Origin: Macrostomum lignano
Taxonomy: Eukaryota
Direction of reading: 5' to 3'
DNA length: 30,001 nt
Assembly: GCA_002269645.1 (NCBI GenBank)
Contig: NIVC01002346.1
Coordinates: 1-30,001, forward strand
Position 1 is the first letter of the stretch. Each line of letters begins with the position of its first letter. The position numbers and the translations under genes were made by a program. A model generated the notes under the pieces. It did not search any database. It saw only the letters and a list, made by a program, of their open reading frames with translations, and was not told where the DNA came from. Shown here in pieces: positions 1 to 12,315 of this stretch.

Positions 1-394
1 CCAGCAATGGGGGCAATTGTACAAGATAATCGTGCAATTCGTGTAGTGCCAATTCTGTCAGTAACGAATGAAAAGTTTAAAGGAGGAGCCCAATTGTCGC
101 GTCAACAATTTCCACTACGATTGGCTTGGGCTAGTACGATTCACAAGAGCCAAGGACTTACAATTCCAAAAAGCGTACGTGGCGTTTAGCAAAGGAGGCG
201 CCAGGAAAGCTATTCCAGCTGGATTATTTTATACTGCGGTGAGTAGAGTTCGTGCATTTGCAGATTTGCGAGTATCAAGTTGCGATTACAACAATTTCGT
301 GAGCCTTTTTTCTGCACAAAAAGTGGCAGACCAGTTGCATGAGCAAAAGCGTTTGCTGAGAATGTGCTCATCCGCGAATTCTGATAGCCGCTAA
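1..394 (+). pseudogene. PIF1-family (SF1B) helicase C-terminal fragment with a +1 frameshift; Helitron/Helentron-type or cellular PIF1-like
   Basis: Frame 1 reads RQQFPLRLAWASTIHKSQGLTIPK. After one extra A in the A5 run at 168-172, frame 2 continues AYVAF...GLFYTAVSRVR to TAA at 392-394. These are the PIF1 C-terminal motifs. The 5' part lies outside the window. Confidence 0.85.
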
Positions 395-407
395 CTTGCT
401 ATTCTAA

Positions 408-3400
408 AGTCGGCAACTATTTAGTCAGCAACTATCCATCCAGTCAGCATCCGTCCAGTCAGCAGCCGTCAGTCAGCAACAATCCAGTCAGCAACCATCC
501 AGTCAGCAACCATCCAGTCAGCAAACATCCATCCAGTCAGCAACCATTCGTCCAGTCAGCATCCATCCAGTCAGCAACCATCCAGTCAGCAACCATCCAG
601 TCAGCATCCGTCCAGTCAGCAGCCATCCAGTCAGCAACCGTCCATCCAGTCAGCAACAATCCAGTCAGCAATCATCCAGTCAGCAACCATCCAGTCACAA
701 CCATCCAGTCAGCAGTCATCCAGTCAGCAACCATCCGTCCAGTCAGCAACCATCCGTCCAGTCAGCAATCATCCGTCCAGTCAGCGACCATCCAGTCGGC
801 AACCATCCAGTCACAACCATACGTCCAGTCAGCAACCATCCAGTCAGCAACCATCCAGTCAGCAACCATCCATCCATTCAGCAACCATCCAGTCAGCAAC
901 CATCCAGTCAGCAACCATCCAGTCAGCAACCATTCGTCCAGCAACCATCCATCCAGTCAGCAACAATCCAGTCAGCAACCATCCAGTCAGCAAACATCCA
1001 TCCAGTCAGCAACCATTCGTCCAGTCAGCATCCATCCAGTCAGCAACCATCCAGTCAGCAACCATCCAGTCAGCATCCGTCCAGTCAGCAGCCATCCAGT
1101 CAGCAACCGTCCATCCAGTCAGCAACAATCCAGTCAGCAATCATCCAGTCAGCAACCATCCAGTCACAACCATCCAGTCAGCAGTCATCCAGTCAGCAAC
1201 CATCCGTCCAGTCAGCAACCATCCGTCCAGTCAGCAATCATCCGTCCAGTCAGCGACCATCCAGTCGGCAACCATCCAGTCACAACCATACGTCCAGTCA
1301 GCAACCATCCAGTCAGCAACCATCCAGTCAGCAACCATCCATCCATTCAGCAACCATCCAGTCAGCAACCATCCAGTCAGCAACCATCCAGTCAGCAACC
1401 ATTCGTCCAGCAACCATCCATCCAGTCAGCAACAATCCAGTCAGCAACCACCCAGTCAGCAACCATCCAGTCAGCAACCATCCGTCCAGTCAGCAACCAT
1501 CCAGTCAGCAGCCATCCTGTCAGCAGCCATCCAGTCAGCAGCCATCCAGTCAGCAACCGTCCATCCAGTCAGCACCCATCCAGTCAACAACCATCCAGTC
1601 AGCGACCATCCAGTCAGCAACCATCCAGTCAGCAACCATCCAGTCAACAACAGTCCATCCAGTCAGCAAACATCCATCCAGTCAGCAACCATCCAGTCAA
1701 CAACAGTCCATCCAGTCAGCAACCATCCATCCAGTCAGCAACAATCCAGTCACAACCATACATCCAGTCAGCAACCATCCAGTCAGCAACCATCCGTCCA
1801 GTCAGCAACCATCCAGTCAGCAGCCATCCTGTCAGCAGCCATCCAGTCAGCAGCCATCCAGTCAGCAACCGTCCATCCAGTCAGCACCCATCCAGTCAAC
1901 AACCATCCAGTCAGCGACCATCCAGTCAGCAACCATCCAGTCAGCAACCATCCAGTCAGCAAACATCCATCCAGTCAGCAACCATCCAGTCAACAACAGT
2001 CCATCAAGTCAGCAACCAATCATCCAGTCAGCAACAATCCAGTCAGCAACAATCCAGTCAGCAACAATCCAGTCACAACCATACATCCAGTCAGCAACCA
2101 TCCAGTCAGCAACCGTCCATCCAGTCAGCAACAATCCAGTCAGCAACAATCCAGTCAGCAACCGTCCATCCAGTCAGCAACTATCCAGTCAGCAACCATC
2201 CATCCAGTCAGCAACCGTCCAGTCAACAACCATCCAGTCAGCGACCATCCAGTCAGCAACCATCCAGTCAGCAACCATCCAGTCAACAACAGTCCATCCA
2301 GTCAGCAAACATCCATCCAGTCAGCAACCATCCAGTCAACAACAGTCCATCCAGTCAGCAACCATCCATCCAGTCAGCAACAATCCAGTCACAACCATAC
2401 ATCCAGTCAGCAACCATCCAGTCAGCAACCATCCGTCCAGTCAGCAACCATCCAGTCAGCAGCCATCCTGTCAGCAGCCATCCAGTCAGCAGCCATCCAG
2501 TCAGCAACCGTCCATCCAGTCAGCACCCATCCAGTCAACAACCATCCAGTCAGCGACCATCCAGTCAGCAACCATCCAGTCAGCAACCATCCAGTCAGCA
2601 AACATCCATCCAGTCAGCAACCATCCAGTCAACAACAGTCCATCAAGTCAGCAACCAATCATCCAGTCAGCAACAATCCAGTCAGCAACAATCCAGTCAG
2701 CAACAATCCAGTCACAACCATACATCCAGTCAGCAACCATCCAGTCAGCAACCGTCCATCCAGTCAGCAACAATCCAGTCAGCAACAATCCAGTCAGCAA
2801 CCGTCCATCCAGTCAGCAACTATCCAGTCAGCAACCATCCATCCAGTCAGCAACCGTCCAGTCAGCAACCATCCAGTCAGCAATCATCCATCCAGTCAGC
2901 AACCATCCAGTCAACAACCGTCCATCCAGTCAGCAACCATCCAGTCAACAACCATCCAGTCAGCGACCATCCAGTCAGCAACCATCCAGTCAGCAACCAT
3001 CCAGTCAGCAACCATCCAGTCAGCAAACATCCATCCAGTCAGCAACCATCCAGTCAACAACAGTCCATCCAGTCAGCAACCATCCATCCAGTCAGCAACA
3101 ATCCAGTCACAACCATACATCCAGTCAGCAACCATCCAGTCAGCAACCGTCCATCCAGTCAGCAACAATCCAGTCAGCAACAATCCAGTCACAACCATAC
3201 ATCCAGTCAGCAACCATCCAGTCAGCAACCGTCCATCCAGTCAGCAACAATCCAGTCAGGAACAATCCAGTCAGCAACCATCCAGTCAGCAACCATCCAG
3301 TCAGCAACCGTCCATCCAGTCAGCAACAATCCAGTCACAACCATCCGTCCAGTCAGCAACCATCCAGTCAGCAAACATCCATCCAGTCGGAAACCATCCA

Positions 3401-3580
3401 GGCAGCAACCATCTAGTCAGCAACCATCCATCGAGTCAGCAACCATTCCAGTCAGCAACAATCCAGTCACAACCATACGTCCAGTCAGCAACCATCCAGT
3501 CAGCAACCGTCCATCCAGTCAGCAACCATCCAGTCAGCAACAATCCAGTCACAACCATACGTCCAGTCAACAACCATCCA
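408..3580 (+). repeat. Satellite/minisatellite array, consensus unit CCATCCAGTCAGCAA (15 bp) with 11-, 14- and 19-bp variants
   Basis: About 3.2 kb of continuous tandem copies. The ORFs 762..944 and 1231..1413 are translations of this repeat. Confidence 0.98.
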
Positions 3581-5437
3581 ATTATTTACGATAAATTGCG
3601 TAATTTGCGTTGCAGTGGCTGCTGAATTCTCATAAGCAAAGCACTTAAAAAGCTAATGTCTGCTCGAGTTACAATTTAAATATTCTTTCCAAAAACGAAC
3701 ACTCTATTGAGTGGGTACTGCGCGCATGTTTGCCGTTTGGCGGTTTTGATACAAATTTGCGAAACTATTATTGCGCGCAGCACCGCCCACAAAATGTGCA
3801 GTGAAAGTCCCTAAAAGTGTGAGTAGCATTGATTAACCTTTCACAGTGTAAAAAAATTTACAGTGTAAAAAATGGTGTAAAGTTTCCATAAAAATATCTT
3901 TGTTTTTAATTCTCATTGCACTGTGTGAGGTTAGTTAAATGCTCGACGCTTTTTGTTTTAGACACGGCAGTATTTTTCTCATATAATAGTTTACATATTT
4001 ATTGATTAATTCGTTTTTTCGGAGTTTTGAAAGCTGCTGTGCCTAATTATGGATTTAGCTAAATGATCAGGCTACCTAATGTTGGGTAACTTGTATCAAA
4101 TGGCAAAGCATTTCACTGCAAAGTCGCATCCGGTGGTTTCACGTACCTGTGGGCGTTAAACTGTACATTTGAAATGCTGAATTTCTAGGAAAATCTCATT
4201 TCAAATTACAGTGAACAGAATCGGAGCGGCGAAAATTTTTTTTAACTAATTTCGTTGTTAATTGCAAGATTATTTTTCGTAAGTCCAAATGTCCAAGATA
4301 TTTATTATGAGTATTATTTCTTGGACCTTAGTATATGATGTTAATTCATGTGTCTCAGTTTGATTTTTTGAGTCTATTTAATAGAACTTTGTGATTAAAA
4401 AATTAATGAATGGTAAATTATAATTAATTAGTCACATAGGACATATGTAACTAAAATACGTAGCATCTAAGTAGTTTACAATAGTTTAACATTTTTAGGG
4501 TTTTATGTGTTGCAAAACTGTACTCAAAGAAATCAAAAATAATTTCGAAATATTGAGCAATTAATGCACTTCGACCTGCTAAGGTGGCACACCTTCAATC
4601 TAGTACATGTAAGGGTGCATATAAACCCTGTCACTTCTAGAGACCTTTCACCCTTCATACACTGATATCCACTCACACGTCACCCTTCTGTATCGTTCCT
4701 ACATCCAGTCAAATCTAATTCCTCCCCTCACCTACTGCCTCTCTTTTAAACACCAATCTTCGGCGTCTACAAATCTTAAATTATGAGCATCCTAGCTTGT
4801 CTTGGGTAGTTTCTGGAATGTTATATTTTGTTTGTTTTTCTGTTTATGTTTCCGTATGGTCAGACAACTTCGATTTTTATGGATTATTGTCTGCCGTTTG
4901 CCCATTTAAAACGGTTAGTTTTTATCCTTGCTTAAAGTATTTCAGCCCAGTACTGCATAAACAATAGATTCGAGTTTATAAATGTATAAATGCAGTTTGT
5001 TTTAATGTTTGTTTTTTATCTTTGTTTACATGTACCTCACGAAGAAGTAAATATGCATTGTTTCGCGTAGATTTTCTGATGCAATCAATAATTTATGCTT
5101 GATAACTATTGAAGCTGTCAAAAACTTTTACTCTTGTTTCCCTAACCCACGTCCTAATTTTTGTCTGGTACAAGATTTTCACATGAATTCTTGGTTGCGA
5201 ACATTTATATGTTGTACTTAGTTTAGAATCGCACTTATACATGTATGTACATGTACTTTGAAATCTTTTGGTGTCAAGCACATTAATAAAATATAATATA
5301 TTTGAGGAATTATTAAAACTCACAGTTTTGAGATATTTATTTTCTTTGTAAGAAGAGAAGACTACGAGGTAGTTGTAGTTGCAGCTGTAATTTACTTTAA
5401 AATTGGAATTCAAACATTCTGTTATGAAAAAGTCTGA

Positions 5438-5575
5438 CCTACTAGTGGTTAGAGCAACTGGAGTTCGATTCTCAACCCGCTCAGAACAATTTGTGTCCTT
5501 GAGCAAGACACTTAACTCTGCATTGCTTCAGTTCACCCAGCTGTAAAATGGATGCCATCAGCATTAGCTGGGGTA
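5438..5575 (+). mobile_element. tRNA-derived CORE-type SINE (3' boundary uncertain, may extend to about 5760)
   Basis: A-box-like CTAGTGGTTAGAGC at 5442-5455 and B-box-like GAGTTCGATTCTC at 5461-5473. These are followed by TGTGTCCTTGAGCAAGACACTTAACTCTGCATTGCTTCAGTTCACCCAGCTGTAAAATGG, which matches the CORE/MIR domain as I recall it. Confidence 0.8.
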
Positions 5576-7117
5576 ATTGAGGCTGTGTGTGGCGACCTCC
5601 CAGTCCTTGGACTGAACAGCCGTACGCAGCCTTCAGATGCGCCGCTCAATAGCTGCAGCTGAGCTGTCGGTTGCACATCTGCCTTTTAGGGCAGGTGTAA
5701 TCATACCGCCAAACAGTAGTGTGAATCGCCATTTGTAGCATGATTAGGTACGATCGTAAGATTTCGGATACAAGATACCCATGCACGATGGTAAGTATAA
5801 GCATGGACTGATCCCTCTTTCTGCTCTGGCAATTAAAGGCTACTTAAGTAGCCTTCGTGGACACTTCTCTTTGCCAGAGAAGGTTAAATTAGAGGTAGGG
5901 AAAAAACAAGCAAATTCAATCTCTTACCTTGTAGCTCGAGTAGCTCACTTTGCTAAGGAAGATACTAATAGAGAACATTATCTTGCTTTTATGGACAAAC
6001 ACGCTTCACGTTTTACATGCAGCTTCGCCTGAATGGTCGAACGGGTCTGCTGTATAGTCAGGCAAAGAATCCAGGACAGGTATTCTGCATAATAGCTGTT
6101 CACTGCTCACTTTCTTCGTTTTTATTTTTAAGCCATGCATCGCGAACAAGCTCAACTGAATTTTGATGCACAGCAGGTGCTTGAGATTCTAAATTTAATA
6201 ACCGTTCCTGCATGTCTCCAAGTCGAGTTATTCAATATCTTTGATTTGAAGGTGATATTATAAAATGTCAACGAGCTGGAAAAAACATGTTTTGTAAGTT
6301 TACAAGCGTACAATTCAAGACTACCTTAATTGAAGTTACTGTCCACCCCGAAAAAAATGGTTCCACAGATTTTGCATTCGGAATTGTTTTCTCTCATGCG
6401 ACAATTGAGGCATATGTGGTTAAACTAAGTAGAATCTTCTTTCGACAGGTAAAGATGAGGGGGGAAGAAAATGAAATTGAGATGAAGGCGGATGCTTCTG
6501 AGCGGGTGTCTCTGTAGGTAATAATAATTAAGAAGCCCCCTCCTACTCTTTGAAGAGGATTATGGAGCTCTTCCTCCTTTGTTGCCTAGAGCTATTCGAT
6601 ACCCGGTCTACGTAAGTGCGTGCAGGGTTTGCGACTGCATGACTTTCGGCAGGGAGAGATTTAAAAAGCCTCCTTAGCTACTACGAATGCCAGAGCAACA
6701 GGGTAACGTAATATTCTAGCTAGGGTAGGGTAACGTAACGTTACAGGGTAACAGCTCTTATGTTTCTAAGCATAATCTTACAAGTTTGACGAACCTGCAG
6801 AAACCGCAGATTCTGATTTTTCATAAATCAGAATAAACAGTATGTAAGCACGATTCTCATCTCCAAAAACTTGAGCCAAGCAAGAATTTAACTGCAAACT
6901 GAAGTGATTCAAGTTAGTCAAAAGTAAAGCTAGTGAGGCTAGATGAGGACTGCACGTTTAAAAATGGATTTCTTTAGAGTTTCCGTTCATATGGGTAACA
7001 AGGAATAATTTTATTTGTATCCATTTATATTCAGCAAGAATCGATACGAGGTTTACGAAAGGTCCAATAAAGATCAAGTCGTACGGTAATGTGGGAAACA
7101 TAAATATGAACAAGGCG

Positions 7118-7245
<128 letters not shown>

Positions 7246-7725
7246 TGGATAAACAGCAGTCGCTTTGTAAAATTAATTTGCGATAAAAGGTTTAATCCAC
7301 AATAAAGAAGTCTGTCTGAAATACTCTGAAAGGGTATGACCATTACGAGAGTACATGTAGAGTAATTGTAACTGTCAAGTCATTTAGCTATTGAGCTAGT
7401 TAAAACCAAAAGCTTTTCATTCGCTAGAAAGCCTAGCAAAATATACGCGCATATTCATCAAATTAATATCGTTTCTTGCAGACGGTTGGTTAATTTGCTA
7501 ATGTAACCAAATGAATTTCTCATAAAAACTAGCATAGATCTACACGAGGATGGCACATTTAAACAAAGGCACATGTAATTTTAATCACTTTTAGTAAGCA
7601 GAAGCAGAAATAAATCTAAAACATAACTTTATCAAGGGGCCATCATTTTTTCAATAAAGGCGAGTGTTGCGTCATGAAAACACGTTACTTAACTTCTAGC
7701 GCTCCTTATTGGGTAGCTATACTTC

Positions 7726-8070
7726 TTATTAGAGGCGGAGGGCTGTATGCGCGCTTCAAGCGACATTGTCACACAACCGGCGAGAGTCATTACTGCCCAT
7801 TCCACCGACTCCCCTGAGCAGGCATACAAGCTCACGGATACGTACGCAGTTATACGCACAGTCACACACTCGCACAGGAGTGCACAGCAGCCCTAACTTT
7901 ATTTATAGCTGGCATCACTCTTTACTGTGCCTTGGGCCGTTAATTGCACGAGCAGAGCCAAGCCGAGATTCCAATTCAGCCCCCAAATTAATGTGACTGT
8001 ACTTGGAATCGAGTCTGGACCGCTGGCACATCAGAGCGCTGCGCTATAGACAACTAGGCTGCGGCCGCCC
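7726..8070 (-). mobile_element. tRNA-derived SINE, family copy 1
   Basis: The minus strand begins GGGCGGCCGCAGCCTAGTTGTCTATAGCGC (A-box-like), has GACTCGATTCC (B-box-like) and ends GCCTCTAATAAG. It is colinear with 17841-18225 and shares an almost identical block of about 80 bp. Confidence 0.85.
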
Positions 8071-8306
8071 GAGCGTCATCTCATCTCACATTATTTGTGA
8101 TCTCTAGCTATAAGTGAATTTTTCTAGCAGTACTTGTACATTTGAAATCTTCATATTTTTATCGCATCACATTTTAGGCGAAAAAATACGTTCGTAGTAA
8201 GGCTGATTTTCAGGCGAGTTTTGCTCTGTCTGTCGTCCTGTTGTACGTACGAGCTAAATGGCTTAGAGAATTGAATCTATAAATCAGATAATATTGTTCA
8301 TAGAAT

Positions 8307-8480
8307 AAAAGAAGCGTCATGTAGGACATAAAAGAAGCGTCATATAAAAAGAAGCGTCATGCTAGACATTAAAACGTCATGTAAGAAATGAAAGAAACAT
8401 CATGTAAAAAATAAAAGAAGCGTCATCTCAGAAAAAACGAACCATGTCATGTCAAACATGCCAAAAAAGTGTCATGTAGT
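8307..8480 (+). repeat. Degenerate tandem repeat of AAAAGAAGCGTCAT(GT)
   Basis: About 7 diverged copies with irregular spacing of roughly 20-30 bp. Confidence 0.8.
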
Positions 8481-8725
8481 CTTGGGGAGAATTTCTAGAG
8501 ATGACAAGGCTTACTGGGGCAATTGCTACAATTGTAAGACTTCAAGGCTTGGTGGAATGGCTGAGATGTCAAGGCTTACGGGGAATTGATAAGATTTAAC
8601 GGCTTGGGTGGTTAAATTGCTGAGATGTCAAGGCCTTCGAGGGGAATGTCGTATAGATGTTAAGGCTGATGGGGGAATTGCTGAGAGTATGGGGGCGATT
8701 GCTAAGATAAAGGCTGAGGTAAGAA
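8481..8725 (+). repeat. Degenerate tandem repeat of about 30 bp, core GGGGAATTGCTGAGATGTCAAGGCTT
   Basis: The AAGGCT and GGGGAATTGCT cores recur about 7 times. Confidence 0.75.
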
Positions 8726-8839
8726 GCTACATGTAGTTTATTCAAAAAATTTGATTACATTCTTTGTGGGCTCCCCACGGGGGGCGTTGATTGGTAGTAT
8801 AATTGGCATGTAATTGTTAATTTGTTTAAACTTTCTTAC

Positions 8840-8994
8840 TCTGCGTTCCAAATTATCTGAGTCAGCTTAGGCATGGCAGACATAGGAATTAAATGCGGGA
8901 ACCGCCGCCCACTAATGAAGTGGCAGTGCTTGCACATGGCGTGGACTTTCCGCTCGTGAGCCTTGCATAGCAGCTCGTCGAATAGTTGGAGAGG
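8840..8994 (-). other. Candidate coding exon of an unidentified gene (half B-box-like C-x2-H-x7-C-x2-C)
   Basis: The minus frame reads PLQLFDELLCKAHERKVHAMCKHCHFISGRRFPHLIPMSAMPKLTQIIWNA with mostly G/C-ending codons. It ends at the donor AGA|GTAAGA and starts after a weak acceptor TTCTGAAAG. No homology recognised. Confidence 0.3.
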
Positions 8995-11784
8995 CTTTCA
9001 GAAGATCCTTTGAAATCCGAGAGGGACTCCAGCTATAATCTTAGCTGTCATAAATCTGATTCTGCAGAGGCTGCTGTTGTACTGCTGGGATCGCTTCGAC
9101 AGCTCTAGATCTTACATTTGATTGCACTCGAATTTTTTCGTAAATCAATTGTACATGTACATGTAAACCAAAAGGAGATCCGATCGCTTCTACATTATGT
9201 GTACATAATTTTTCGGCCATTCGCCGGCCGGTGAAGCTAGCCTCGATACTAATCTCGTACAGTACATGAACACCGTATTTTATTAATGGCTTTAAAAACA
9301 CATAAAATATACAGTAAGCTCGCACAATGTATTGTACACTGTATATATGCAGATAGCGTCGATCATGGTAATCAACAATCGCGACGAAACGCATGGTTTT
9401 TAAAAGAACAATCCTAAGAAGCTGCTGAACTGCTGCTGCTTCTCATGCAGCCAAAGGACAACTAGGAACACTTCGTTATAAAATCCAGTAGTTCTTCAAG
9501 TCTAGTAGTCTTTGCATGCTGCATGGACCACATACATGTAGGCCGCAGACGATGCGCGGCCGCAGAGTGATCTCTCAGAAACAACAATTAAGGTCTTCCA
9601 TTATATACAGCAAGCTGGGTAAACTGCAAGTTTGCACAACTAACTTCAAAATATTCGAGCCTAGATATATGACTACTAATCAAAAGCTTCATAGCGTGAT
9701 CTCAAAAAATTAGTATATTAGTTTATTTCACTATTTTTCATACATTAGAAGCTTCAGCATGGTTTAAAACTGTAACTTTCTTAGAACGCAGTTGTTCTGT
9801 ATCGGCAAGGTCAATATTACCTCACAGCTCACACTGACACTGAAGTTTCTTGCGTTCGTATTTTGACTTTAAGAACACAATAGATATGCTTTAAACACAG
9901 GCCTCTCTTTATACGCCAACAACACTTTCATTTGGTTTGTTTAATCTAACTATGTTTTATGTTTAGGCCTAGGACCTAAATTCCTATAATCTGGTATTAA
10001 TCCCAATATTTCTGCTTTGCTTCACCTCAACCCAATAAAGGGTCCTCAGCCGTTCGCGCTTTCGCGACCAGAATTTTTTTTCATTCATCAATTTTCATCA
10101 GTATACCCACGGCTAGGCCATGATGGCTATAGTATAGAAGTAACATGATTATAAGTATACCTTAATAGATATAAAAAGTAAACCAAATTGCAAGACATTT
10201 GTTGGAAAAAGTGCTATTAGCAATAATAATTCGTATATAGGATTGAAATTTCTCAAGACACAATAGGCCTAACCTAATTAGCTACTAGGCTTGGTCTTTG
10301 CTTTGGTCTTGACTGATATTTATGCAGCCTATGCTAGGCCTAAAGAAAATCATTTTTAATCATTTTTTATTTATAGGCCTACTAGGCCCTATCTAGGCCT
10401 ATTTCCTAAAAATATAACATTTTTGATTTAAAACTACATTGAAGCAAATTAAACTTACACTTATTTTTCTTTTTAAATAAAGTATACTTATAAAAGATAA
10501 AAACTTAATGATTTTTGTTTTATCACATGAAGACTTCATGTGAAGACTTTATGAAGTTTGAGAAGAACTTTTTTAGCCTAAGCTTAAAAATATTTTTCTA
10601 TGCTACAACAGATAATATTTCTATATTATGGTAGAATATACTAATGAATCTCTTGTTATACTAGGCCATTTATGCCAAAAATAATTTTTTGATAGTATAT
10701 AATATTAACTATATGAAATTGATTTGATTATAGGTTGCACCTATTGCAAAATATGCCATTTTTGCAATCATTCAATTATTACACTTTTTAGATCAACCCC
10801 TTTGATAATATGGTATAAAACAATGAAAAGGAAAAAAAGAATGATTTATAAGAGCATTTTATATTATAGAGAAGCTTTCAAATGAACTTTGTATCTTATT
10901 ATAAGAACTCAAATAAGATAGTTCCCAGCTAACATGCCCAATTGAAATTTCACTTGGCTAGCTGTGTGATTTACTTTTAACCAAAAATGCAACTTTCCTA
11001 TGCAAGAAACCTTATAAAGCAAAGTTAACATAATTTTTGTATAATTGGCAAGACACTTATTAGGGCTAAATGGCATGTCATCTAATTAGTATCTACATCT
11101 ATATTTTTCCTGAATTGGCATTTTTGTGACTTATCTTAGCCAGACCTTTAGCCAGCCAAGCATATATAGGTCTTAGCACAGTGAACATGCAAATAGTTAG
11201 TGTTATTAATAGTAGAAGCCAAGCTTTTAAAAGTAATGGCTTTTCTATTTGACTTTATTAAAAAAATGAGAACACGAATTGTAAAGCAGTAGTACATTTT
11301 ATATTTCTCAACTTGACTACATTACTGAGTATTTATTATGTAATATATAATGGTTTCTTTTCTTGTTTTGTTATTTTCTACACTTGTAACTTAAGAGCTC
11401 CTAATACATGTATGCAAATATAAATTCACAATTATGATCATGCCTGACCAAAATTTTCTGCTTGTCTGACCTCTAGTTTGTATTACAAATTGCCTTTGGC
11501 TCAAGGTCCGATGCCCAAGGTAGTTAGGCATGCTTTTATTTCCTTCCAAAGCCTGTAGAAGTAGATATACATGTAGGCTGATTTTAGTAAATGCGTTGAA
11601 CTCCCAGCAGACATCAATGAGTTATTTTTCAATGCTTTTATATACATAACACAGGTTATACAACTTCACAAGTTACACAAGTAACACAAGTAGTCAAATA
11701 CACAAAAAAACAACACAAGTTTAAGACTCGCATGTATTGTACATATTGTATAATTTGTATTGTATCATCTCATGATTTGAATAT

Positions 11785-12184
11785 TAGAGGTCGGACGGGA
11801 TTGAAATCTTTGGGCAGGATTGGGATTGGGAATAATTTTTTTCTCGGGATCGGGATTGGGATTAGGATTCAAGAATCGGGATCAGGTCTTTTAGTGTGTT
11901 GTCCATGTAAAGTTAAACAAAATTGAGAAAAGATTGTCAAGATCAAGAAATAAAACACAACGAAATTGATATAAAGTTTTGTAACCAACAAAGTAAATAA
12001 TGTAACGAGTATAAGTTAAAGCAAAATTACCTTCAAGTAATCACTAATTCTATAAAATTTTAATCAAAAGACCTGTTCCAGAATCTTGAGTTTTTTAGGG
12101 TCGGGATTCTGGTCCCACGGGAATTCAATTTTCTTTGGGATCCCGTGATTTTGGGATCGGGATTGGGATCCCATCCTACCTCTA
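11785..12184. mobile_element. 400-bp MITE, probably hAT superfamily
   Basis: 17-bp TIRs: TAGAGGTCGGACGGGAT and rc TAGAGGTAGGATGGGAT (15/17). Flanking 8-mers TTGAATAT / TTGAGAAT (6/8) look like a decayed TSD. Many subterminal GGGAT(T/C) motifs. Confidence 0.75.
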
Positions 12185-12315
12185 TTGAGAATCGAGAGTC
12201 ACGTCATCACGTCATGACTCACAATCATAATATGCAAATTTTACTTGTGTAATATATTTAAAATACGAACATTTTGATATTTTCTGGACATCACCCACTT
12301 TATCAAAAAAGTTTC

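Noticed and set aside
762-1413. Two identical 60-aa W-rich ORFs
   Set aside because: Translations of the satellite; they are identical because of the 469-bp duplication.
408-3580. CRISPR-like or telomeric interpretation of the short-unit array
   Set aside because: No unique spacers, eukaryotic context, and the unit is not a telomeric G-rich repeat.
5093-5506. 137-aa minus-strand ORF
   Set aside because: AT-rich composition, no motifs, and it overlaps the SINE head in antisense.
5781-6720. Plus-strand ORFs 5781..6032 and 6287..6517 as a decayed LINE ORF1/gag
   Set aside because: Only a vague resemblance (DIIKCQRAGK...KF); multiple frameshifts are needed and there is no complete CCHC knuckle.
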